Shown in pieces: positions 12,849-23,088 of a DNA stretch of 64,000 bases. A program made the position numbers and the translations under genes. The DNA is taken from NCBI GenBank assembly GCA_040285855.1, contig JAUFOQ010000002.1:1612001-1676000 (forward strand), in the 5' to 3' direction. The notes under the pieces are model-generated. The model was given only the letters and a program-made list of their open reading frames with translations, was not told the origin of the DNA and searched no databases. Source of the stretch: Eukaryota sp. GEM-RC1. Its lineage: Eukaryota. Every line of letters begins with the position of its first letter. Within the stretch, counting starts at the first letter, position 1.

Positions 12849-13763
12849 TTCATGGCGGTAATACCGGTAGGTACATAATAGGTACTACATGTATATCGGC
12901 AGAGATAACGTTTACCGTAACGAAGTAGGGTAAGTCACCTTTTGTTTATAGACAATTCACATGATGTACTGTTCAAATCTGACATATGATATTCTTTGTG
13001 CTAAAATCTACTTTACCTGCGGAAAAGAATGTTGTGAATACCTGCTTGATCTTGAAGATAATAGAACGTTCAGTCACAACTGTTTGTAGTGTTTATCCAA
13101 ACATTATTGATTTGTCTTAGGTTGGGACCAATCAATAGGAATTTGTTAAGATTCTTCTAGTGAACCAAATTCATGAATCGTGTTTGCTATCTTTAAAGGT
13201 ATGGTCACTTCTGTATCTAGCGCTTTATTATCTCTTGGCAGACATTATGAGGATAAGGTAGGTGAAAATTTCCAGATAGGCAATCTGGACTTTGAAGATA
13301 TTGATTATTAGATGTAAGTACACTGTAGTGTTGTTGTCTATTACTTTTAGAATAAATAATTCGTTTCGAAAAAAAAAGTATTTAAGCGTACCTTTGTAGA
13401 CATGCATTTTCTGAATATTAACGTGTTTTATTTCAACGCGTAATTTTCTTAATAGTGTTTATTTAGTTGTTGTTTTCTTGTTGTGTGGTTTCTCCGTACG
13501 TAAATCCGTTTTTTCAACGGCAGAACTTATCATGACTCGGGAAAAAATTACGGTACTGGAACAATGGTTCACAAAAATTATCCGACAAATCCAACTAAGT
13601 CGAAACAGGAAACATTAGTGCTACTGAGTTATTAGTACTGCACTATTTCATTAATAATGTTGTACTATTAAATGTTGTTGTTAGATATGTTGTCAGTTTC
13701 AGTATGTCAAGATGTCACTGTAGACAACATCTATAAATAGTCTGAATTTATATTTGAGTTCAA

Positions 13764-16700
13764 TTGCTTGGAGAGATGTCTATGGATACCTGTGTCCTGA
13801 GATCTCTCTCCTTCTTCTTTTCATCAACCAAACACGATCACGTGTTTAAGGATATGCCAAGAGAACATATTTTCTCGAGGCGTTCCTTTGTTCTACCTTT
13901 GTTGCATGGTTTGTTTACTCACTTTTCGTCACTCAAACACGATCACGTGTTTAAGGATGTGCCAAGAGAACATATTTTCTCGAGGCGTTCCTTTGTTTAT
14001 ACTCTTCTTTCTAACTTTTCGTCACTCAAACACGATCACGTGTTTAAGGATGTGCCAAGAGAACATATTTTCTCGAGGCGTTCCTTTTTCTCTCATGGAT
14101 TCTCGAATTATTCTATGTTGTTTCTTCTTTTGTTGTTGTTAGAGAAATTCTTGAGTTCGTCTCAGTCGTTGTTTTGTTTTTACGATCATAAAGTCAGCAC
14201 TTGTATGGTTTTTCTACAATCAAGTCTCCAGTCATCACAGTTTCTCCGTGATTTGACTATGGACGGAGACATAGAGTCAAACCCTGGTCCTTTTGTCACT
14301 GAGGAAGGAATCACCACATTAAAGTGCTCCGTATGGCTCGATGATTCAGTTGTTGACTTTTATGGTGAGTACATCACCGAGAATAGTGAGTTATGCCAGT
14401 TTTTCCGTATCGGGAATCTTCATGCTGCAGTGAGTTTTGGCGATTTTGACACATTAGCTCTTGAATTTCTAAATGTTCAGAATTCAATGCGAGAGACTGG
14501 GAAAAGGTTTTTATTTATTCCAATAAACGATGGTGTCTTTCGTGGTACAGCAACTCATTGGACTCTACTTGTTTGTGACATTGATAGTACATCATTTTTT
14601 CACTTGATTCAATGTACACTGACAGTTCAACTCAACTTTCATTTGACGTTTCAACTCAAAATGATCAAGTTGTAAGTACTTTACAGGTATATTTGCGTGA
14701 TTTTGGTAATTTTTCAAATTTAGGAAAGCTCCCAGTTATTAAACATCAAACTCCCAGCGACTGTGGACCATATATCTTAATGTATATGCAAAGATTTGTT
14801 CATTTGGCATCATCATCTGACAATTTCCAGGAAATTATGTCTCAAGTCCAAGGTTATGTCGATTATGATGCTTTTGACATGAGAAAACAAGTTTTAAATC
14901 TGATAGCAACCACGCATCCTATTCCTTTTGCTATACTTGCTGTAAGTATTGTACATGAGTGCTTTTCAAACAACATTCAAGCACATGTTCAAGAACACAG
15001 TGCCATAGTTTATTCTACACATTTGCAACAACAAATGAATAGATCTGCTGGTACTTCTGAAATAGCCGAACATCCAACAGTAATTTTATCTCCTGATGAA
15101 ACTCGACAAGTGCCATTGACAATACCCAATCAACTTATAGACTCAAATCGTACAAGGAAAACTCGTAAATCTAGAAAATATCCTCCAAAAAAGAAGAAAT
15201 TTTCTCAAAAATATCACCTTATTCAACATCAACATCGTGGAACTCTAACACAATCTCGTCCTAGACCACTTTTACTAAGATCTGATCAAATTGACACACT
15301 GAAACCAAACGTACTGCTTCATGATTCTGCCATTGACTTTTTTTGGTCAGTACATTGCTCAAAAGAGTAATCTATGTGAATTCTTTGAAGTAGCGAACAT
15401 TCAAGATGCAATCAATCTTTCACAATATAACATAATGTTTGAACAATTTAGAGAAGTTCAATTATCAATGGAAAAATCCAGCAAAAGACACACTAAAAAG
15501 TGTAAGAAACGTTTCTTGTTTATTTCAATACATGACGGTCTCTTTGGTACAACAGCCACTCACTGGTCACTGTTAATCTGTGATATTGAAAACAAACAAT
15601 ACTTCTCTATTGACTCAATGTGTACAGAAGATCAACATTCTCAGTTTTCTAGCACTTTATCACGTATTGACAAAGTCATTTCACAATTACAGCAATTCCT
15701 GTTTATGGCAAATTTCAGCTATATAGCTAGAGTACCAGTTCAACAAGTCCAAACTCTTAATGACTGTGGTCCATTTATTCTAATGTATATGAATAAATTT
15801 GTCGAGAGTGAATCCACATCAACAAATCTTTTCGAAATTCTGTCTAAAGTCTCTAACTGTGTTGTTTATAATGCATTAGAAATGAGAAAACAAATACTGT
15901 CTCAAATCGTTACTACTCACCCTGATGAAGATCACCCTGATGAATACCGACAATATGTATGTACTCATGCTCAATGTATTTTAAATGAGTTTTATTCTGA
16001 TGAGATTGTATCACCTGTTAATCAACCTGTACAGTGTCAATCTGAAAGCTTAACTCCTGAAACAATGGTAGATGATAGTAGTTACAAAGAAACGGTGTCA
16101 AAGCTCACTTATCAAAACTTTCTCAAAAGTTTACCTGGAAATTTGTCTAATCGGAAGAAGAAACGTCTTTTGAAGTTAAAAATGATTGAACAAGCACTGG
16201 AAGAAGCTGAAGAATTGTTTCAAGAAAGTTATCATAACTTTAGTCGTCCAGAGTTGACAGATCTTCCAGAAATAAATTTACCAACTCCAAAAATAAATGT
16301 TGCTGCTTGTGAGAAACCTGATACAACAGAAGCAACAGAAGCAACAGAAACAGTTGAATCATCTGACACCACTGAAACAACAACAGCAACAGGAAATAGA
16401 AAAACAACAGTTGCCAAAAGGAAAACCACCAAACCAAAAGCAAGTGGAGTATCAAATGCGACAAAGAGTTTGAAACCTCCTAAAAAACAAATGATTGAGT
16501 TTCTCAAACATCCTCAATTACCAAATAACTCTAATCATTGTTCTATATTGTCTTTTGATATTGAAACTAGAGAAGTTGATCAAATCCCTGCAGAGACAGT
16601 TACACAGGAGTTGGACGATCAAAGAAAGAACGAGAATGAATCTCTCAAAATGAAAAGTGATGCAGAAAAAGAAGTGTGGATTCAAAACCAACAAGTTTTT

Positions 16701-19208
16701 ATGATTTCTGGGGTGTTTGGTCATTTTATAAAAGATCAATTTTACCTTCAAGACAATTTTGTTGCAACTTTAGAGTTGACTCATGAATCTGATGTTGAAC
16801 TGCCACCTGATTGTAGAAACCTTCGATTTTTTGAAAACGAAAAACAGTTACTAGAGTTTTTTGTCAACTATTTGAATGATAAAAATCCCTCAGTTTTAAC
16901 TGGATTTAACATAACTGACTTCGATAATGTTGTTTTAGGCAACAGGATTGTTACACTTGGAGTCGACTTTCCAGAACCAATGCTAGATGAAATAACAAAA
17001 TCTCATTTATCATCTCTATGGCAAAATGTTTGTTCTGAATGGGCTGGTAGAATTGTCTGTGATTCATACGTTTATGCTAAGCAATTTATTGTTTCAAAAT
17101 GTTCAAAGTCTTTAAGATCATTAAGTTGGTTTTTATTAAACGAATCTAAAGGACGTCTTCATGACGAATTTCACCACTTATTGCCTATTGATTGTGTTGT
17201 TGAAAGACCTCAAGAAGTTCTAAACTATTGCTTCAAAGATAGTGTAATAGCATTGAAGTTGTTTTTATTGTTTCAATCAAATAAAATCGTTCGTCCAACT
17301 TTTGTAACACATAAAACTACTCTAAAGTCTATTGTCAAACATTTTGGATTAACGACCTCCTACATTTAATGAAAACTTGAAAAACTTTGTTTTAGAAGAA
17401 TACAAACAAGTAATGCTCAACAATGGAGGAATTCCACTCTTTCCAGCTGCTCATTCCTCACGACTTATGGCAATGGTGGGTGAAACTATTAAATCGAATT
17501 TGGACACAAACATTAAAATGCGATATGCTCAATACATTGACAAATTTATTAATGTTTATTTTCAAAAGACTGATCAAGAAGAAACAATGTCAATAAAAGA
17601 ACAGTCTGTTTTTCGTTGGAGACTTAGACAAGTTAAAAATGTCTTTCTTGAAGGTAACAGAAATGACATTCCAAAAACCACTGTAGAAATTAAACAATTT
17701 ATTCAAAGATGTAATGCAGAAATTCTTCAAGACGACAGTAATAGAAGTTTGAACATTGCCAAAATTAAACTTCTGTGGGCAACTAACGACTATGTTGAAG
17801 GATTGTTTAGATATAGATATTTTATTGATGTTCTCTTCCCACCATCAATTGATATTCAAAATGCTAATGGTGTTTATAAAGAGAAAGTCGTTAAATCTCT
17901 ACTAAAATCAGTTCGTGAACATCCTCAATCCTTTATTAAATCTGCGATTCAAATAAATAACTATCTTGAAAGTGAAGGAGCAAGTGCTTACAATGTAATT
18001 CCTATTGTTCGACACGTCACACCAGGTTTCTTTGAAATAGACACACAAGGTCTTTGGGGAATATTACGTTCCACTTTGTCAACACAACAAGTGAATGTCA
18101 AGAAAAAAATGTCTGAGTGGAACACAAAAGTTGAAATTGAACACATGTCTCCTGCTGAACAAAATCAATTCTGGTCTTACTTTTTCAACTTTAATCGTCC
18201 ATTTATAAAGAAAGGTTATAAGTTTAACAATACCATTAAAACTGATGGTTTCTCTGCCTGTGTTGAACTTACTAGAGAGGACTGTGTGGGAATGTCCTTT
18301 AAACCAGATAGTGCAAAGTTCTCCAGTAAAGAAGAATATGTTCAAGACTATGATATTGAAGAGTTTTCACTGAAAACAAAAGTGTTTATTGACCCTGGAA
18401 AAACAGATTTACTCTATTTTTGTTCAGAGAAAGTAAATAGGCCATTTCCTGAACAAAAAGCCCGTGAAATGAGAAACAAAGAATACGAGTGGCTAAGATT
18501 GACAGAGACAGAATGGTCCAGATGGTCAAGGGTCCATCAAAAGTTTAGAAGGGGAAAGAAAAAAGAATTCATTCTCCAAGATGGAAAAACAGTTGAAGAA
18601 GAAGAGTCAACATTGTCCATAGAAAATTCGAAATCGACTCTTTATGACACATTCTATGACTATGTGAGTTCCAAACTTACAGTTATTGAATCAACATTTG
18701 ATTACTACTGTTTGATGATATGGCGCATTCAAAAATGCAAAGATACGTCCATATTCAAAAAACAGAAAGTAAGTTGTTGAAAAATATGACTGCAAAAGGA
18801 TGGAATAAAAACGACTGTGTATTGATGTTTGGTGACAATGGTAATAAGAGGCAGAACCTAAAACACCTCCGATCAAGTAGAGGTGTGGGTTGGAGAAAAC
18901 TTCTTTAGGAGAAATGGTTTTAACATAGTTCTTGTAGACGAGAGTTACACATCTTCAAAGTGTCCTACTTGTTGGAGGCCAGTTAAAGTGTTCAAAGAAA
19001 TCAGTAATCCAAAACCATGAAAAGAGAGAAGAAACCTCTGGTAAAGTGTCACACTTTGTTGAGATGCAAGTCCCAAGAATGTAGGGAAGAATGTCATGGT
19101 AGCGCCAAGATTTGGAATCGTAACAAGTTAGCATGTATCAACATCAAGACCATTGTGGAACATCATTTGGAGCGGGGTCTAGGAGTTAGACCCAGTTATT
19201 TGTCATAG
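13764..19208 (+). CDS. Probable polyprotein (frameshifted here): 2A motif - Ulp1/C48 protease x2 - PolB-type DEDD 3'-5' exonuclease - Fanzor1
   Basis: Six abutting or overlapping same-strand ORFs; most breaks are 1-nt slips in homopolymers. Motifs: GDIESNPGP; HWTLLVCD/QTPSDCGP; HWSLLICD/QTLNDCGP; FDIET/GFNITDFD/YCFKD; IDPG/FGD/VDESYTS/CPTC/WNRN. The true start is uncertain. Confidence 0.75.
13817..14087 (+). repeat. Three 73-nt structured direct repeats (13817-13889, 13922-13994, 14015-14087) separated by unique 32- and 20-nt spacers
   Basis: Units 2 and 3 are identical and unit 1 differs at about 4 positions. Each holds the hairpin AAACACG-ATCA-CGTGTTT and the stem AAGGA(T)GTGCC-AA-GAGAA-loop-TTCTC-GA-GGCGT-TCCTT. 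Confidence 0.9.
14238..14291 (+). other. 2A/StopGo ribosomal skipping motif QFLRDLTMDGDIESNPG|P
   Basis: Exact match to the consensus GD(V/I)ExNPGP with an upstream hydrophobic helical segment, immediately before the first protease domain. Confidence 0.85.
17296..19208 (+). CDS. Fanzor1 (eukaryotic TnpB-like RNA-guided RuvC nuclease) region; frameshifted, RuvC-III Asp reads as Asn
   Basis: N-terminal KTTLKSIVK; IKTDGFSACV; RuvC-I VFIDPGKTDLL (D 18391); rearranged RuvC-II (VLMFGD, then VDESYTSSKCPTC with E at 18940); zinc-finger CxxC...LLRCKSQEC; WNRNKLACINI (N 19122); C-terminal RPSYL. Confidence 0.88.
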
Positions 19209-19328
19209 TCATAGTCATAGCCTTTATTTACTACAGTGAATCTATAGCATTATTGAATCTTCAGATTCATGTGCTAAATTCTACATTTCTCCCCTTTAGT
19301 ACCCCTTTACAACATTATCTGATCTTCC

Positions 19329-19745
19329 ATGGCTCCACATTCCAAAACCAAACCTAAAAAATCCTCTCGCAAATATGGTGAAGTCAAATTTGATGAGGAC
19401 TCTCGCCGATCATATGTTTCTATAAGTTCCAGACAGAAGGCTAAAAATGAAAGAAAGTCAAAAGCCAAGATCATTGCCAGTAGAAAGCTTAGAGAAGAGG
19501 TTTTAGCTGAACGCAAACAACATCGGGACGAACTCAAGGCCCAAGTTGAACACATTGAACATCAACATAATACTCAAGATGATGCAGGTACTAGCGACGT
19601 GGAATCTTCTGACGACCGTTCTCACTCTGTTAGTCTCACTCCTAGAACTGCACCAAAAGTGAACATTCTGAGTTTACCTTCTATATCTGATGCACTGAAC
19701 TTTTCCACGCCAGAAGCTGAAGAAGAAGACCCATCAAGTCCATGA
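19329..19745 (+). CDS. Nop25/Rrp17/NOL12-like nucleolar protein
   Basis: N-terminal VKFDEDSRRSYV...RQKAKNERK resembles the Nop25 motif (VxFDxxxRxxY), followed by a basic coiled coil and an acidic tail. Confidence 0.55.
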   Translation: MAPHSKTKPKKSSRKYGEVKFDEDSRRSYVSISSRQKAKNERKSKAKIIASRKLREEVLAERKQHRDELKAQVEHIEHQHNTQDDAGTSDVESSDDRSHSVSLTPRTAPKVNILSLPSISDALNFSTPEAEEEDPSSP

Positions 19746-19798
19746 AAACCTACATTGTTACATTTTGTTTATTTACATAATGATGTGATCAAATCTTG

Positions 19799-20518
19799 TC
19801 AAGGCATCCGTTGAGTTGTTTTTGATTGTTGTTTTTCTGCTATCCACTTTAACATATTCTCTACCATTCGCGACAGAAAATGTTTCTCTTCTTCATGAAA
19901 ATGTTGACCCTTAAACTTTGGATCAGTAATTAAACCTAATATACTGAATAATCTCAATAAATGATGAACACGTAGTCTTTTTACCACAACATCGAACTCT
20001 TCGCCATTGACAGTAAGGGCATACTCATCAAATCCTTCCTTCTTTGGGTAGAATATTAAGGACAAATGTCTTCTAAGGATGTCTAAGAAGCAGTCCTGTA
20101 GAGTCAAGAGTAGTTTAGACCATGTTTCTTGTGAGATCTTTTCAAATGAGAAGTAAGGTATTAGAGGCTCTGACTCCATGTAAGCCTTGAAGATTTCAAT
20201 GATATTTGGACCACTCACCATTAGAAGGGATCCAGTTGAAGCAGCATAATGATCAGCCTTAACAAGTTCTTTTACGTCAGGGAAGAAATGTAAGGGTGAA
20301 TTGTTACCAAATACTACAGGTCGTTCTTTAGTAGCTTTATTCTTGGAATGAGATGTAGAGTGGGTCCTAGACTTGAATTTTGATTTGGGTGTTGCAAAAG
20401 GAGATGGTGTTGGAGATTGATGATGTTTTGCTCGAAGTCTGCTTCTAGTGGAAACAGATGCAGAAGGTTTACTAGTACGAGAAGTAGATCCAGGAGTGAT
20501 GGGTAGGGTTGGGGACAT
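19799..20518 (-). CDS. MRG-domain-like chromatin protein
   Basis: Low-complexity S/T/K N-terminus, then a helical domain with LVKAD, IIEIFKAY and HHLLRLF resembling MRG15/Eaf3 C-terminal motifs. Confidence 0.5.
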   Translation of the reverse strand: MSPTLPITPGSTSRTSKPSASVSTRSRLRAKHHQSPTPSPFATPKSKFKSRTHSTSHSKNKATKERPVVFGNNSPLHFFPDVKELVKADHYAASTGSLLMVSGPNIIEIFKAYMESEPLIPYFSFEKISQETWSKLLLTLQDCFLDILRRHLSLIFYPKKEGFDEYALTVNGEEFDVVVKRLRVHHLLRLFSILGLITDPKFKGQHFHEEEKHFLSRMVENMLKWIAEKQQSKTTQRMP

Positions 20519-22093
20519 CAACTAAATGCAACTTTTAAAAGTAATGTATCAATACTGTAATTGCACACATTCTTCGTATAGATGTGATTTACCGTCTCTT
20601 GAATTGAGACATGTATACGAGATGATGTGGAAGTCAGGCCCTCTCATAAGATAATTTAAAATAATTTGAACATCCAAAAGTGTCAAAAATAAATGTGAAA
20701 TAAATATAATTAAAACAAAACAAAATCCAAATGAAAACAAAATATTTTATTAGTACATCTAATCTGAGTCACTATCGATGAATACACAATCCATTTGATC
20801 ATCACTTTCTTGTCGAAGTAGGTTAGTTGAATTTTCTGCTTCGTATATGAGCTCTAACTGTGTCGTCATTCCATAGACATCTGTGGATTCTCAACATTAG
20901 TTCAATAATCAGCATCGTGAACGACTATGAGAATCGTTCACTCCCGGTTATAGTCGTTGGATTGGCTTAGAACACAGGTAAAGGCTCGACTGCATCTGTT
21001 AGGTTCGACATAGAAATGGCAAAGTTTGAGGCAAAATGTCTCAACTTTCATTTTTGGCTGAGCTTGATTATGTTCACACATCATGTTTCAAGTCAATCAA
21101 CAACCTTGAGTACTAAATTAACTCATGCACGATACAGATCAATGAAGTTTACTTTGCAGCATTTTATTTATATTTATTTATATTTTGTTTTATTTTCTTT
21201 TATTTGCATGATCGCCAAAAAGTCTCAAAAATAAATATAAATAGAAATAAAAATTATCTATTTGTACTTAACTTATTATGTGTTTTTCTCCGCACATAAA
21301 TCCGTTTTTTTTAAATAGAAATAAATAGAAATAAATAGAATTTATATTTATTTATGAGGAGCCCTGGTGGAAGTATTGGTGACTCTTTTGTTAATTTTGA
21401 TGATATTCTGTATTTGAAATTGTAAATGTAGGGCGTTGTTTCCTTGCAAAAGATGTCTAATCACAGAGAGTTCACTGTTTTTGATAAACAATATTGCTCA
21501 ATATTTGGTATGTCATCTAATTTGCTATTGAAACATCTACATGTATTTCGCAGCCTTACAAAATGTTGAGGTAATAGTGTCATTGAAAGCTCTGTTTGAA
21601 GGCAATGTGTGACATCTCCAATGTTTCATGCCAAAAAGATGGGAGTTTTCCTGCTATCATAATCACCAACTTAGGAAATATAGACAGTTTCAATTGAATA
21701 CGAGAAAACGTTTAGTAGGTTTCCGTTAATACGGCCTAGAAATCTGTTTTTTCTGTACGTACAGAAATCTTTCCAATGTTGGCGTACCGTATTTTAGCTC
21801 TATTAGCTCTCAGTGTTTTTTATGAACAAAAAACTGATGTGAGTTTTAATGGCAATGATTGTTACTTTAGTGATATTGAGTTTTAGTATTTGTGTTTATT
21901 TTAGTGTTTTTGTTCCATATATAAAAGATATTTTACGGTATTTACGGAAATTTCTACGGTGTATTCTATTAATTTAACAAATGACAATTTCCTATCTTGA
22001 TAATTGCTTTTAAATTACTTGACACAAATTAAGCAAATCAAAACATGCACAGACTTTTTTATTGCCGTTAATTTTTTCGATTTCCTTCTTCAA

Positions 22094-22991
22094 ATGTCTT
22101 CCGATGATAGAATTATTGCCAGTCTTTCAGATCTAAAGCGGGACCTGAGTCACGCCGTTAAGCTTATGGAATCTCTCGATCGAAGACTTACAGTGATCGA
22201 AGAAAATACGAAAGCTCTTCCATCCTTAGGACATGTTTCTTTTGCTAGAAGGCCTTCCTCAATTGCACCCGATACTCTTTCTCAATTCGAATCCATGGAG
22301 TCATTTCCCCCTCTCTATGAACATCCATCAGCATACACACCATCAAGACCTCATTCTCCCAGTGAGTTAATTCAAAAGTTCCGGAAACTTGACTTCCTAG
22401 ATGCTTCCAGTGTCTTATCTCCAGAAGATGCTGTTAAGCTGAAGGAAATGGTCACTGATGTTTTACATACTTCAGGACTCTTCAAACTGTTATACCGAGC
22501 TTCTGAACATGGATTCCGTGCTGTTGATTTTCACCACCATGTAGACGATCACCCTAATGTCTTAGTCATCGTCAACACTTCTGATAACCATGTCATGGGT
22601 GGATTCAGCCCGGTAGCCTTCGGAGGTTCTCCTGGTCACAAACCCAGTCCTGGAGCCTTCCTCTTTGCTTCATTCCCTCTGATGATGATGGTGTCACTCT
22701 GACAAAGCTAGATGGTGTAGGAATGACTGGAACTGCTGATCAGTTTGGTATCCTGCAAGATACTGAAATGGGACCCGTGTTTGGGGTTTCCGATTTGTAC
22801 ATGTTTGTCATTTCTTTATGATTCTTACTTTAGATGTGATAATTGTGACCGAGAAGGTGGTGGTAGTATAGGACTGGGTTCAGTATATTCTAGTCCTTCA
22901 ATTCCAGTAGATAATGGCCAACAAGTGTTTTCAGGGGGGATCGGTGTTTGGCGTTACTAATGTTGAGGTATTTGAGTTTGTTCAAAGATAG
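22094..22991 (+). CDS. TLDc-domain protein (intron ~22803-22833, frameshifts)
   Basis: LLYRASEHGFRAVDFHHHVD, VMGGF, AFLF, GPVFG and C-terminal VTNVEVF are TLDc hallmarks. Confidence 0.85.
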
Positions 22992-23088
22992 ATTCAGTAC
23001 AAGGTAAAATATATTTGCAAAACAACTAAAAAACAAACTAAAAAATATCTCAACGTTAAACAGCATAAACAACTCTGCTTTTGTTTAC

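Noticed and set aside
13817..14087. Hammerhead or HDV ribozyme in the 73-nt repeats
   Set aside because: The minus strand has TGAYGA and GAAA fragments but no CUGANGA core with a closable stem II, and I could not build the HDV nested pseudoknot by eye.
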